A stretch of 64,000 nt of DNA from Octopus sinensis (lineage: Eukaryota), in contig NC_042999.1 in NCBI RefSeq assembly GCF_006345805.1, positions 112,344,001 through 112,408,000 of the forward strand. The letters are read 5' to 3'. This document shows positions 1-13,719 of the stretch, piece after piece (position 1 is the first letter of the stretch; every line of letters starts with the position of its first letter). The translations under genes were made by a program, and so were the position numbers. A model generated the notes under the pieces. It was not told the origin of the DNA and ran no database searches. It saw only the letters and a list, made by a program, of their open reading frames with translations.

Positions 1-223
1 GGGTATCCAAGTGTAAAGACTTGCCAAAACTGACCTCACCTGTGCTTGTGCTACGTAAAAAGCACTAAGTCCACTCTGCTGAGTGGTTGATGTTAGGAAG
101 GGCATCCAGGCATCCAGCTGTAAAAATCCTGCCAAAACAGTCACAGAAGTCTGATGCAGGCTTCTGTCTGGCTGGCTTCTGTCAAACCTTCCCACTCATG
201 CCAGTATGGAAAGTGGATGTTAA

Positions 224-270
<47 letters not shown>
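1..270 (+). mobile_element. RTE-LINE 3' tail fragment ending in (GAT)n
   Basis: Similar to the 3' end of the RTE at 9650-9815 (gttaggaagggcatccagc...ccatgc.agtatgga...taaatgatgatgat). Confidence 0.75.
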
Positions 271-499
271 ATATGTGAGTTATTTGAAAAAATCTGGAGT
301 TGAAAATTCTGCCTACCTGCTTTTTCTTATTATATAAAACTTGTACACCACTTCAAACAATCTACATATATTCATTTATATATGCACACACATATAGAGT
401 AGAGGGGGTCTCTGAAAGGGATCTCAGGGATGTGCTAATTTTCCACCACATTTTTTAAAAATCATGGTAGAGGCCTTGGTTTTGGGACCACTCATGTCT

Positions 500-720
500 A
501 GAAACTCAGGTTGGGAGTAAGCAAGGGCATGCTGCCTGTAGAAAATCCAGCTCCAAAAACAGCCTCATGATAGCAAAGGAGAATGGGCACCAGCCAGCCT
601 AAAGGTTGGAGTAGGCTGCACCTGCCTATCTTGGCTGCTACAGCATTGAGGTAGTTCCAGCCACCCCTGTTAACAGGGACAAAACCCAGATTTAAAACAC
701 TGGATGAGGATGATGACACA
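500..720 (+). mobile_element. Degenerate RTE-like 3' tail fragment
   Basis: aagggcat...ctgtagaaaa motif shared with the RTE tails; ends in a gatgaggatgatgac tail. Confidence 0.45.
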
Positions 721-737
721 TAGATACACACACATGT

Positions 738-773
<36 letters not shown>

Positions 774-789
774 GCATGATATTGATATG

Positions 790-945
790 TATATGTATAA
801 CAAGTTTCTGCCCCTCCAAATTCCACTCAAAAAGTATTGATTCCCTAAATGTTGAGAAGACACTTTTCCAAGGTTCCATGCAGTAGAATCAAACCCAGAA
901 CTGAATGCTTCTGAATCAACCCATTTAACCACATTTCCAAGGAGG
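790..945 (-). mobile_element. Degenerate tRNA-derived SINE (family A) head/body
   Basis: Reverse complement aligns by eye to 44200-44300 (ccactgc..ggcaccttggg.aagtgtcttct...gagtggatttgg). Confidence 0.6.
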
Positions 946-1630
946 CAAATCTCCCTTCCTCCTGGACAGACTGCTATTCTACTCCTGCTTAGCTCTCTTG
1001 GCACAATATTGTATATTATTTTCATACTAAGCAAACAGAGAAATAGAACGTGCTCTGTAATTTACCATCTAATTGCTCAATATATTGCTTAATGTATAAC
1101 ACATATTCAGAACTCTTCTTCTTACTGGCACCAAGTATAAGTGATGCAAACTGACACATTGGCACTTAATCAAGTAACCTCCTACATGGTCTTTATCACC
1201 ACTTCCAACCACTACCTCTTGTTATTAATCTCAAACATTTAAGCTCTGATCAATTGCACAATTTCATCAGATGCTATTTGAAATAAGGATATTATTAAAT
1301 TAAAACTGTCATGAGAAAGAGGAAGCTGGGGAGCTTGAATATTTATTTATATTCAGCCTGCGATAGACATGATGGGAACAAATTCAGACGATTTCTAAAA
1401 ATATGATAAAAAAAAAAGAGAAGATAGCAATAATAATAAAAAAAGATAGTAATAGTTTTAATAAATAAATAAATATATTTCTAAATTACCATTTATTGTC
1501 ACAGACAAAATTAATGGGAAATTTCTTGGTGCCATTTGAATCTTAAGGTTACACATTTCATAACAATCTTGAAACATTGGAACAAAACAAAAAACAAAAA
1601 AAAACAAATTTAAAAACAAACCAAAAAGAA

Positions 1631-1631
1631 A

Positions 1632-1677
<46 letters not shown>
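1631..1677. repeat. (AAT)n microsatellite
   Basis: Direct inspection. Confidence 0.95.
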
Positions 1678-1679
<2 letters not shown>

Positions 1680-2531
1680 GCAAAAAAAACAAATTCATAA
1701 AATAAAATTAATTAATTAATACCAAACAATAAAAACAAGCAATAAAATAATTAAATTATAAAAGAGGGGGAGAGTCAGCATTAAAAACAAGAAACAAAAT
1801 AAAAAACAAAAATGAAAGGTAAATTAATACAATAAATATAAATCAAATAATTAAACATGGATGAGAAAAAAACAAACAAACAAACAAACAAGTAAATAAA
1901 CAAACAAAACACAGCAAAAGATAACTGAATGAATAAATGAATGTAATAAGATGTAATGCGGAAAATAAATAGATTCTTAATTAGTATGATAGCTGTCATC
2001 AGAGCCTAATTTGATTGATTACATAATCATCACCAATGCAATCATCATCGTCGTCGTTGTCATCATCATCATCATTATCATCATCATCATCATCATCATC
2101 GATAGCAACAGCAGCAGCAGTAAAAACAGAAACAGCATTACCACCAGCACAATTATCATCATGACCAGCAGCGTAATTAACGTCATTAGTATCAGCATTG
2201 TTGCTCATCATCGTCGCTGGTATGATAATAATCAACATTAGCAACATTGCTGTCATCTACACTGTTAGCAACAACACAGTCATCATCACCATTATCATTG
2301 TCATTATCATCAAAGCTATCGACATTTTAATGTCCATTATTTCTCTCTGCTGGCACAGAGTTTGACAAGTGTGCAATATGCTATGAAACCTATTGCTATA
2401 CATTCAAACAATTTATACGGTTAGTTTCAGTTCTTTTTGAAAAGCGACAAGAAATTAAAATTAGCTAAACCATACCATAATGTATTACAGGTATGTATTT
2501 CATACTTGCCCTCAAACAATAATTATAGTGG

Positions 2532-2534
<3 letters not shown>

Positions 2535-2610
<76 letters not shown>

Positions 2611-2659
2611 ATATGTATGTATGTATGTATGTGTATATATATATAATATATATATATAT

Positions 2660-2725
<66 letters not shown>

Positions 2726-2740
2726 TATATATATATATAC

Positions 2741-2782
<42 letters not shown>

Positions 2783-2802
2783 TATGTATGTATGTATGTA
2801 TG

Positions 2803-2839
<37 letters not shown>

Positions 2840-3000
2840 CATATATATACACATATGTATATGTACACATACATGCATATTTCTACATGTATAAATACAT
2901 ATATACATATAAATATATATACACATATATTTATAAATATACAAAAATATATATATTGATATATATGTATATATATACATATATATGTATGTATGTATCT
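2535..3000. repeat. Compound (TA)n/(TATG)n microsatellite
   Basis: Direct inspection; source of spurious YIYI/VCMY ORFs. Confidence 0.95.
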
Positions 3001-3734
3001 ATGTAATTTGTGTGTGTGTGTGTGTATGATGTGTGTATTGGTGTTCATGCCACATGCTGTTGGTGCGATGTGAAAACAATGCTAAAGGAGTCAAATATAC
3101 ATATATACATATACATACACAAATATACATATACATACACACACACACACATCACAAGCACACACACACACACTCACATGCATATATTTATATATATATG
3201 AACGTTTGTATGTGACTGTGTACGTGTGTGTTTGCAGGTGTGTGTGTGTGTGTGTGTGAGTCTGTGTGTCTGTGTTTGTGTTTACATATGTATATGCCAT
3301 ATGCTCAGGTGCTCAAAAGTTCACATTGCAACCATGAGGTCTTGATTTCAATACTAAGTCAGACCTTTTTTGAGCATAAACCTTTTTCCATAGCCTCTGG
3401 TTATTCTATGCCTTTTGCCAGATGGTTTGTACCTGCATTTCAACAAGGTACAGTCTTGTCAGATACTGCATCGTGCAGAATCTATCCACAAATTTTGTTA
3501 TGAGTACACATGTCTATAAAATATTCAGTTTCTTGCACGTTAATACACAAACAATTCAGGCTCACTTTTAATGTATTATAGATATTATGCTTATATATGC
3601 ATTTGTTTTTATGTTTGTATATGTTGTATACCTATAAACTTTTCTCTTTTACTGTCTATAGTTATTAGCATTCTTAAATGTTTGTGAGTATGTGTGCACA
3701 CCCACTTAATTACATACATGTGATGTATGCCAGC

Positions 3735-3900
3735 ATAGATGAGTTTGCATCACAACCATAAAGTCCTAGGTTCAATCCCACCTCATGGCATTTTGGACTA
3801 GTGACTTTACCTCAATATCAAGTTCACCAAAGCATTATCAATGAAATTGGATTGACAGAAACAGTAGAAATCCCCCAGTGCTGATTACACAAGTGTATTA
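3735..3900 (+). mobile_element. Degenerate SINE family A head
   Basis: caaccataaagtcctaggttcaatcccac...ggcattttgg resembles the family A head. Confidence 0.5.
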
Positions 3901-4102
3901 TATTAATGGTACATGATGTATCTATGGATCAGCCACTTTGCATATTAAATCAATGAATAGATCAGTCAGTTAATCAAGCAACAGGATGGTCATATGGGTT
4001 TGTGTTGATATTGACAGGAGGCTCTATCATAATTGTGTCAATATCAGTTTGTGTATGTGTTACATCTATGCATGTATTTGTGGCTTTTTTATTGAATGCA
4101 CA

Positions 4103-4310
4103 GTGAAGGCATGTGGCTTAGTGATTAGGATATTCACTCATGATTGTGAGGTTATGAGTTCAATACCTGGTGGTGTGTGTGTCCTTGGGTAAGACACTTT
4201 ATTTCAATTTACTCTAGTCCATCAGCTGACAAAACTGAGTTGCATCTGTAGTTCAATGATCCAGCCTTGTCACATTCAGTGTGTCACACTGAATCTCCCT
4301 GAGAACGACA
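4103..4310 (+). mobile_element. tRNA-derived SINE (family B)
   Basis: A box tggcttagtga, B box gagttcaatacc, conserved ccttgggtaagacactttatttc body shared with 5345-5688 and 10765-10930. Confidence 0.75.
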
Positions 4311-4514
4311 TGAAATAACATGAAATACAAAAATAACGTTGGGTACGCAAAGTGCGAGAGAAAGAAATGGAAAACAAGACAAGTAACATAAAAAACGACC
4401 CTTCATCAGTTGTCAGCTGTCCTTATTTCAAGCAATGAACAACAAGATAAGACTTTGAAGGCAGTTACTCCTGTGAACCAAAATAAAATTTGGGATCTGT
4501 GGAGGGTCAAAGGT

Positions 4515-4690
4515 AATGTGTTTGTGTGTCTGTGTTTGTCCCACCACCATCGCTTGACAACTGATGTTGGTGTGGTTATGTCCCCATAATTTAGCAGTTC
4601 AGCAAAAGAGATTGATAGAATAAGTACTAGAGTCGATTTTGTTTGACTAAAGGCAGTACTCCAGCAAGTAAAAGAATAAAAGAATACATG
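4515..4690 (+). mobile_element. SINE family A 3' half (CpG-decayed)
   Basis: Aligns to 44350-44558 with many CG>TG/CA changes. Confidence 0.8.
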
Positions 4691-5344
4691 ACAAATAAAT
4701 TATGTTTAAAATTATTAGAAGAAAGTGATGAAAAGACTTATTTAAAAAGTATATAAAGAAATGTATTAGATATAAAAATTTAGAATTTAGGCTCATAAGC
4801 TAATAAAGATTATAATGTATTTAAATATAAGGATATAAACATAAGATATGCAACAAGGTATATAGAATGTAAACTGTAAATATATATAATCTTTAAGGAA
4901 ATATATAAAGGACATAAAAAATATATAAAAGAATATATAAAGAAATATATAAAAGTATAAAAACTATTAAAAAAATAAAAGAATATAAAAATATAAGACA
5001 AATACTGAAAAATATAAAAAAATAAAATTAATAAAGAAATATATAAAAAATTATAAAGGTATAGATGTATAGAAAATAATTATAAGAAGACCTTTGTTTT
5101 TATTCTGTGAATTTGATAACTATGTTGAATAAGTTGAACTGGCCTTTATGTTTGAAGATGAAAACAGTTCCTTTGCAATGATGTAATGTTTGCAGTAACC
5201 GATTAAAGGAGACATTAGAAACGACCACAATGAATTGACACCTGTACCTCTTTGTTACTTATATATATATATACACACACACACATATATATACATATAT
5301 ATACATACATATATATATGTATGTATGTATGAGAGAGAGAAAGA

Positions 5345-5688
5345 AAGGTAAATGGTAAAGACCCTCTTTGGTCATGAATGACCATGGGATTGCACCTAGA
5401 AAGCTTCCCTCTGTGACACAAGTCTGGGCAAGGTTGTTAATGGAAGACCAGCAGTCACCCATGCATACCAGCCTCTCCTTCTCCATGTCACTCATGTTAT
5501 GAAAGGCAAATGCCAATACAGCTTGGCACAAGTGACATCACAACTCATTTCTACAGCTGAGTTAACTGTAGCAATGTGAAATAAAGTGTCTTGCTCAAGA
5601 ACACAACATGCGGCCCGGTCCGGGAATCGAACTCACTATTTCAAGATTGTGAGCCCGACACCCTAACCACTGAGCCATGCACCTTCAC
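5345..5688 (-). mobile_element. tRNA-derived SINE (family B), near complete
   Basis: Minus strand: tggctcagtggttagg A box, gagttcgattcc B box, gttcttgagcaagacactttatttcac body, (cttta)-type tail. Confidence 0.85.
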
Positions 5689-7619
5689 ATATAGAGATAT
5701 ATTTATATATAATGGATTAGAATGCACCCCATAGTGCACATATTAGAGAGATAGATATAGATACGTATGCATATATATGCATGCATACATACATACATAC
5801 ATACATACATACATACATACATACATACATACATACATACATGCAATATGTGGATACACACATGTATATTTAGTTTTATCTGTGTGCATGCTTTTGTATC
5901 TTATATCAGATGTGTATCTATATATGTGTTTACATGCATGTTCATGTGTATTTGTGGGTATTTTTATATATCTGATTGCACATTTTATAGATGTTTCTGT
6001 GTAAAATTACCCATACATGTACAGATGTGTTCATATTTATGTGTTCAGACACCACAGGTCACATAAGTCTACCAAGTTTCTGACTTTGAAAAAGCCATTT
6101 AAACAGTGATTTATTTATGGGACACCTCCTATATATGTATGTTTACATAAGTGTGGTTTGTGTGTACATATTTATGTATGGGAATGTCTATTTGTATTTG
6201 ATTTGTATTAGTGGATATGTATGTAAGTATGTATGCATATGTGTATGTATGGATGGATGGGTGTATGTAGTGTGTGTGTGTGTTTGTATGTCCATGTATG
6301 TATTCGTAAGTGTGAATGTATGTGTGTGAATGTATGTGTGTGTATAGTTATGTGTGTGATTCTGTTTGTTTGTGTATACATATATGAGAGTCGTGTATGT
6401 GTGCATATGTGTGTGTTTACCATTTAGCAAGTTGCGATTTTTTTTTTTTAAGATGAGGTTAATTTTCCAAGCCAAGAGAATTTGAACAGAAAATTTAATA
6501 ATTCAAATAATAGAGAAAACAGTGTGTTATGCCATTACATAATGAAGAATAAATATTTATGAGTTTGGTGAATCCAGACACAGTTAAATGAATCATATGA
6601 TTAGAGAAACTGGAGAGGAATTACAGAATTAACAGGAACCAAAAGAAATTAGGTGCTACTGACAATTTTTCTGTCTGATGGATTCTTGTAAAAGTTAGTT
6701 TAATCATAAATTATTTTTTAAAAAAAGACCTGTTGACTAAAAAACAAAAAATAGCTTTTATTTTCTGTTTTAGTTTGCTTTTTGTTTTTTATGCTCTTAG
6801 TTTTTGTAATTATTTTTTTTCCACGTGTGTGTAGGTGTGTGCGTGTGTGTCTGTTTCATACTTTGTATTTGTCTGCCATAGTAATAATAATAATGGTTGT
6901 GGTGGTGCTGGTGCTGGTGGTGCTGGTGGTGGTTGCGGCGGCAACAGCAGCAAGGAGGAGGAGGGGGGCGGAGGAGGAGGAGGAAGAGGAGGAAAATGGT
7001 AATGATAATTGTAATAGTAATAATAATGAAAAGATGAATATGACATTTAATAAGAATAATGAAAATGATAATTAGAATAATAGCAACAACACTGATAATA
7101 ATAATAACAGTAAGAATTCCAATAAGAATAATTATGCAAATGATAAATAATAACGATTTATTAACGGTGGTGTTGGTAATTATGATGATGACAGCAACAA
7201 TGACGATTATAATGATAAAGATGATGATGATGATGACAATGTTGATAATGACGGTGATGATAGTGGTGTTGGTGTTAGTGGTAAGAGTGGCAGCAGCAAT
7301 AATGGTAGTGATGTAGATGGCAATGCTGATAATGATGATGATAATGTTGATGATGACAATGATGATGATGATGATGATAATGATGATTTCTCACATTTAG
7401 TGCTATCATCATCATCATATTTTGCTTTATGTTACATTACATAGAAATGTTTTCCCATTTATTTTTTTTATTTATTTTTTGCTTCCATTAAATGCCCTTG
7501 AGGCTATTAAAGGAATTATTGGTGGTTTTTGTTCTTGTTCTTCATTTTGTTCTTACCATTTTCTTTTTGTTTTGTCTTCGTTGATAGAAAAAGTAAAAAA
7601 GAAAATTTGAAATGTTTCT

Positions 7620-8330
7620 AGAAATTATGGCTAATTTTGCTTAAAGGAATCAAGTGTTACTAAAACATGCTGTGATTGATCGCAAACATTCCACACAAGA
7701 ACTGCCTCTGCAGACAAGACAAGAAAGCTGTGGATTAATTTATAGCCTTGCTGGTACACAGAGTCAATTTACAATGACCAATTTTCATTAAAGTTCCCGT
7801 CATGATACAAAATCTTCAACTATAAACTGTATTAGTTAGATTTCAGTAGCAGCTTCAGCAAGATTGCAGGAAATTATGGCAAGCATTTTCATCTCCTTCA
7901 AATGGGAATTAAAGATGATTTGGTAGTTTAAACATTGCTGTAAGATCCAATAATATTGATCATTACATTAAAGGGAAAGTAGTTGATTTAAGGATGGAGT
8001 GGAACTTACAAATCCCTTCCAAACTTGTCAGTGTTGTATATAATATACAGTGTGCATAAAGTGAGCTAAGACTGGAGCTAAAAAGAAATTCTCTTTTGTG
8101 TACCACATACAATGGTCTTGAAATATTCAGAAGATCCAAAGGAAATTTTCAGGAAGAACCATTTTTATTTATCTGTTTTCGTTTTCCTTTGCTTTGATAT
8201 ATCTTCTCTTGAAATGATGATAATAGGAGTTAAGATTCAGTGGAGGAAAATTACAGTAGTCAAACAAGTTGGTCTTAAAGAGATCATTCTTGCAGGCTAG
8301 AATTAGAAAGTCAGTATGAATGATAGGAAC
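7620..8330 (-). pseudogene. Highly decayed LINE reverse-transcriptase fragment (CR1/L2-like)
   Basis: Frame-hopping translation gives SSLIPIF-GDENACHN, YQQGY..HS and VTLDSFKQ, in the order of the RT motifs IPIFKKGD..NYRPI, QxGFR..HST and FLDFSKAFD; many stops. Confidence 0.45.
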
Positions 8331-8361
8331 TCAATTGCTGTCGTTGGAGTAGTAGTAGTAT

Positions 8362-8427
<66 letters not shown>

Positions 8428-8479
8428 GTGGTGGTGGTGGTCAGTGATAGTTGTTGTTGCAGTTGATAGTAGAATATAA

Positions 8480-9815
8480 TATATGCAGCAATGTCAAAGG
8501 AAGGCTAACTAGGAAGATGGTTTTTGTATGTGGCAGATGCTCAGGAACAATAAACACTGAAAATGCTCTGAGACCAACTTCCGTCACTTTCCAGGGAGAA
8601 AAACTAGAAATAGTTGATAGTTTCCGTTACCTAGGTGACCAAGTCAGCAGCGGGGGCGGGTGTGCTGAAAGTGTAACTGCTAGAGTAAGAATAGCTTGGG
8701 CAAAGTTCAGAGAGCTCTTACCTCTGCTGGTGACAAAAGGCCTCTCGCACCGAGTGAAAGGCAGACTGTATGATGCGTGTGTACGAACAGCCATGCTACA
8801 TGGCAGTGAAACATGGCCGTGACTGCTGAGGATATGCGTAAGCTCGCTAGAAATGAAGCCAGTATGCTCCGATGGATGTGTTAATGCTGGTACTCACACT
8901 CGGCAGAGTGTAAGTACCTTGAGAGAAAAGCTGGACCTAAGAAGCATCAGTTGTGGTGTGCAAGAGAGACGTTTGCGCTGGTATGGTCATGTGGCAAGAA
9001 TGGATGAAAATAGTTGTGTGAAAAAGTGCCACACCCTAGCGGTTGAGGGAACCTGTGGAAGAGGCAGACCCAGGAAAACCTGGGACGAGGTGGTGAAGCA
9101 CGACCTTCGAACTTTAGGTCTCACTGAGGAAATGACTAGAGACCGAGACCTCTGGAAGTGTGCTGTGGCGCGAGAAGACCCGGCAGGACAAGTGAGTCCA
9201 CAACCCGTGGCCTTCTACATGGGATGGAGCCAGCCTACGTATGCATACCTCCCTTCTTGGGACACAAAACTCTACTTTGAAGACGTGTTGAGGCAAGTGA
9301 GGATCAGAATCGAAATCGATCAATGGAAATTGCGGATGTGCTACCAGTGCCGGTGGCATGTCAAAACTCTGCTTGTGAAGACCCATTGAGGCAAGTGAGG
9401 ATCAGAATCGATCGATCAATGAAATCGATCAATGGAAATCGATCAATGGAAATGCAGATGTTTACCAGTCCGGGTGGCATGTAAGAGAACTTTCCGTTTC
9501 GCGACCGTTGCCAAGCACCGCCCCGTTTCGTGTCCGTTGCCAGCTTCGCCTGGCCCTCGTGCCGGTGGCAAATAAAAAGCACCATCCGTTCGTGGCCGTT
9601 TGCCAGCTCTGTCTGGCACCAGTGCGGGGGGCACGTAAAAAAGCCCAACTACACTCACGGAGTGGTTGGCGTTAGGAAGGGCATCCAGCCGTAGAAACAC
9701 TGCCAGATTTGACTGGGCCTGATGAAGCCTTCTGGCTTCACAGACCCCAGTAGAACCGTCCAACCCATGCTAGCATGGAAAACGGACGCTAAATGATGAT
9801 GATGATGATGATGAT
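8480..9815 (+). mobile_element. 5'-truncated RTE-clade LINE (ORF C-terminus plus 3' UTR)
   Basis: ORFs 8451-8822 and 8853-9389: FRYLGD, AWAKFRELLPLL, LHGSETW, RLRWYGHVARM, GRGRPRKTWDEVV; frameshifts; (GAT)n tail; CpG-rich, so young. Confidence 0.95.
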
Positions 9816-10128
9816 AGTATTGGGGTACCAGTTGGTGAGTTGTAGCGGTTTGGGGCTTTGTTGTTATTGTTGGAACTGTATTATGGTTGTTGTAATTCTT
9901 GATATTGTGTGTTGGTAGTGGGGTGTGTGGAATCAGCATTCATGTATGCAAAGTGTAAAAACAACACTGCAGAATATACAATTAATGCTTTTACGTGTAG
10001 AATATTGAAACAGTCTATATACAAACAGCACTGTAGAATATAGAAATAATGCAGTTAAGTGCAGAGTGCTGAAACAGCACTGTGGAAGAATACAGAGTAA
10101 ATAACATTAAGTGTAGAAATGTATAAAA

Positions 10129-10450
10129 CAGGGGTCAGTGAACCAGGGTAAATTACTCAAGTAGGGTTAAAAATGAAATTTTGGGGGTAATGAGGACTCG
10201 TTAGGCATAAGTAAAATTATATAAGAAAATGTGTTCCTTGTTATAACAGAAATTTTTCTTCTGGCAGCACTGCATCTGTCCAATGTAATGGATGTGTAAA
10301 TAAATTCATATAAATAGATTTGGCAAAATAGATTCAATAAAACTTTTGAATTCAAAGAATCTATGACTTTCTTCCTTTCTACTCATGGGAGTAATGTTAG
10401 CATTAATAAATATATTTTAGGGTAATTGGTTAAAAATTCCCTAAGCCCTG
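10129..10450. mobile_element. hAT-type MITE
   Basis: Termini caggggtc.../...ccctg with near-identical 8-bp flanks gtataaaa / gtatataa (hAT-type TSD). Confidence 0.65.
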
Positions 10451-10607
10451 GTATATAAATTACTGTAGAATGTATAAGTGTGGAGTGTAGAGACAGCAAT
10501 GTGGAATATAGAGTTAATGCTACTGATGTAGGGTGTAGAATAAGCATTAATGGGTGCTAAGAATGGTGAATGTAGAATGCAAAGTGAGCACTAGTAAAGG
10601 CTTAAAA

Positions 10608-11096
10608 CAGTAATTTTCATCTGGAGTCTGTATGACCCTTGGGGCTCCATATAAGATTTTGTTGTTAAAGTTTATGTTTACTAAATTAGTTATACTTCTA
10701 CAACACAAAAGTATTTTAACAACTTTTTATACAATTCCTAATAATATTTAATTATAAAAATATAGTGGAGGCAATGGCTTAGTAGTTAGGTTGTTGGACT
10801 CATGATTGTAAGGTTGTGGTTTTGATTTCTGGACTGGGCAATACATTGTGTTCTTGAGCAAAACACTTCATTTCACATTACTCCCATCCACTCAGCTGAC
10901 AAATATGAGTAATTCTGTGACAGACCATCTCGTCCAGAAAGACTGAAAAACTGATCCTATGCTTCTTACAGAGTAATGTGGACTAACCATAAAAATATGA
11001 TATGATCTTTTTACACACTGATTAGCTATGAGGGTCCACCTGAGTAAAACAGGAATCAAAGGAGTCCATTAGTAAAAAAATAGTTGGGTACCTCTG
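10608..11096. mobile_element. hAT/Charlie-like MITE interrupted by a SINE
   Basis: Degenerate cagt...tc / gttgggtacctctg termini and gggtcc-type subterminal motifs; SINE inserted at 10765. Confidence 0.45.
10765..10930 (+). mobile_element. tRNA-derived SINE (family B)
   Basis: tggcttagtagttagg A box; gttcttgagcaaaacacttcatttcac body. Confidence 0.75.
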
Positions 11097-11640
11097 ACCC
11101 AGAATGATTAGTAGGGCTGTCAGAAGTTAGTGGAATGTCATCCGTAGTGGGTGGAGTGTCAGCAGCTTTATGTTTGTTATTGTTATTGTCAACAGCTTTA
11201 TGTGTTGTTATTGGTAATTAATTTGAGTAGCATCAAATGGAGTGTTGTCAATGTTAAGTATAGCATCATGGAAATAAATTGTGTACCATCAGTGTTATAT
11301 CCTTAGTGTCAACTTTGCAGAGTTGGGTGTTAGCAGAGCTAAGACAAGTACCAAGTGTTTTACGTGAAATCTAAGTCCACTTAAACAGTGTATCATTAGT
11401 ATTAAGCCTTCAAATTATTCTGTCAAATTATTATTATTCAAATTATTATTAAGCCTTCAAATTATTCTGTCAAAAGTAATGTTTATTTATTCACATTATT
11501 TTGAATTAATCATGTACATCTTGTAGCTTTGAGATTTCAATGATGTGATTGTTTATTTTTAGAATGACATTATAGGGTAGGTGTGACAGGTCAAATCTTG
11601 ACAGTTATAAAATAAAACAGGTAGAATATTTGGGTCAGAT

Positions 11641-11850
11641 AAGGTGGCAGGCTGGCAGAAACATTAGTACGCTGGGCAAAATGCTTTTTGTCTGTCTTTA
11701 TGTTCTGAATTCAAATTCCACCAAGGTCGACTTTGCCTTTCATCCTATCGGGGTCAATAAGTTAAGTACCAGTTGCATACTCGGGTCGATCTAATCAACT
11801 CCCCCACCTCCCCAAAAATTTTGGGCCTTGTACCTAGAGTAGAAAAGAAT
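11641..11850 (+). mobile_element. tRNA-derived SINE (family C)
   Basis: ggcaggctggcagaaacattag head, gaattcaaattcc B-box-like motif, ggtcgactttgcctttcatcc body; related copies at 37150-37510. Confidence 0.75.
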
Positions 11851-12639
11851 ATTTGAGTGAGATATGGATGGTTTGAATGCTAAAGGGTTAAATTAATGTC
11901 ATCATTTTACAGTCAAATGTCATGAGTGGTGGAGCTGAGTGTCACTTGTGGTAGAGTGTAGTGTAATTAATCATAAGTGGAGCTTAATTTCAGCAGCAGA
12001 GAGTGAAGGAGTGTAATTAGCAGTAAGTTATTAGAGGTGGGTGAAGGGTAAAGGCAATCGAGTATATCAGCAACAGTGAATGGAATATTATCAATAATGA
12101 ATAGATTATAAGCTGAGCTGAGTAAGGATCCATTAGTGTGGGAGTGGCGTGTTACGAGTGGTAGAGTGGCATATTACCACTAGTTGAATGAAGTGTTACC
12201 AGTGTTGAAGCACAACAATATCAGTGATCAGGGTGCTTTCAGTAATGGAGTGGGATATCAGAGATGGAGAGTTAAGAGATGGGGTGGTGGTCATCAATAG
12301 TAGTGAATGGAATGTAAACCCTGAGTGACATGTCAGTGGTGGTGAGTAAAAAGTACCACAGAAAGTCAGCAGCAGCCACACCAAAGGTCTTTCAGTTACA
12401 AAGAACAAATCAATATGTTATATATAATGGATCAAAGGAAATCAATATATTCATTTCTATTCACTGGTGGGTGTGGCTGAAAATTGGTGGTAATGTGTGG
12501 TGATGGCAGTGGTGGTAGTGGTGGTGGTGGTGGTGACAGTGGGGACGGTGGTGGCAGTGGTAGTGACAATGTTGGCAACACTAATATGTCTTTATAAAAG
12601 AAGAGGATTGAACTGATCACATATTCTGCCTTCACCATC

Positions 12640-13170
12640 ACCAACACTATCGATACCACCAACACCACCACCAAAAGCCACCACCTCTAATGCCAACACA
12701 AACAAGACCACCAGCATCACCATCAACAACAACAACAATACCACCAACCCAACAAAGCACAGCACCATCACAAACTCCAACATCAACACCATCACCACTA
12801 ACAACGTCTCTGTCAAACTAACACAACTACAAACACCACCACAAACAACAACGCCAATACCTACAGCAACACCATCATCACCAACACCACTAATACCACC
12901 ATCAACACCAACACCATCAGCACCAGCACTAGCTCCAATAACAACACCACCACTAACAACAACAACACCAACAATGCCACCACCACTAACAACAACAACA
13001 ACAACAACGTCACCAACAACAATGCTACCACCACCACCAACAGCAACAAGAACTACAACAGCACTACCAACAACACCAAAAACGCCACCACTAACACCCA
13101 CAGCATCAACAACACCTACACCAACAACAACTAAAACTCCAGCAAAGCATCACTACCACTGCTATCAACA
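12640..13170. repeat. (AAC)/(ACC) cryptic trinucleotide low-complexity tract
   Basis: Direct inspection. Confidence 0.9.
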
Positions 13171-13470
13171 ACTCTACAACCCCACTAAAAACAGGTGTAA
13201 AGTGAGCGAAGAGAGAGTGAAAGAGATAATTTTCTCGCTAGGGAAAGATGGGGAAGACAGATCACCGTAGGGTAGGGACTTATGGAGGGTAGAGAGGGGA
13301 TGGTGGTTGTTTTCTTACCTTTTATTTTATTTCAGTTTTTTTTTCCCTTCTAATATCTTGATTAATCACCACTCTACCAAGGGACTGAGTGGCAAGAGGA
13401 TGAAACAAGATGAGTTAATTGGACACAAGGTTTAAAGAGGCACCTCAGGGTTGTATTATGAAACAGAATG

Positions 13471-13508
<38 letters not shown>

Positions 13509-13667
13509 ATGGGTGTGTGTATATATATATATGTGTGTGTGTATGTATATATATTTATATTTATGCATATATGTATATATATATATATAAATATATATAG
13601 CTATTTATATAAATGTATACATATATATGTATGTATATAAATATATATAAAGATATGTGTGTATGTA

Positions 13668-13719
<52 letters not shown>

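Noticed and set aside
2358-3446. Plus-strand micro-exon pair (SLTSVQYAMKPIAIHSNNLY / ASGYSMPFARWFVPAFQQ)
   Set aside because: Splice sites are plausible but no homology is recognised, several frames are open, and an overlapping minus-strand candidate (RFCTMQYLTRLYLVEMQ) is equally good; cannot choose without RNA data
8166-8296. Possible terminal exon CKNDLFKTNLFDYCNFPPLNL with a kinase-like hydrophobic motif
   Set aside because: Lies within and colinear with a decayed minus-strand LINE RT region
12592-13270. Thr/Pro-rich mucin-like ORF and the opposite Val/Gly-rich ORF
   Set aside because: Cryptic (AAC/ACC) repeat open on both strands; no splice or domain support
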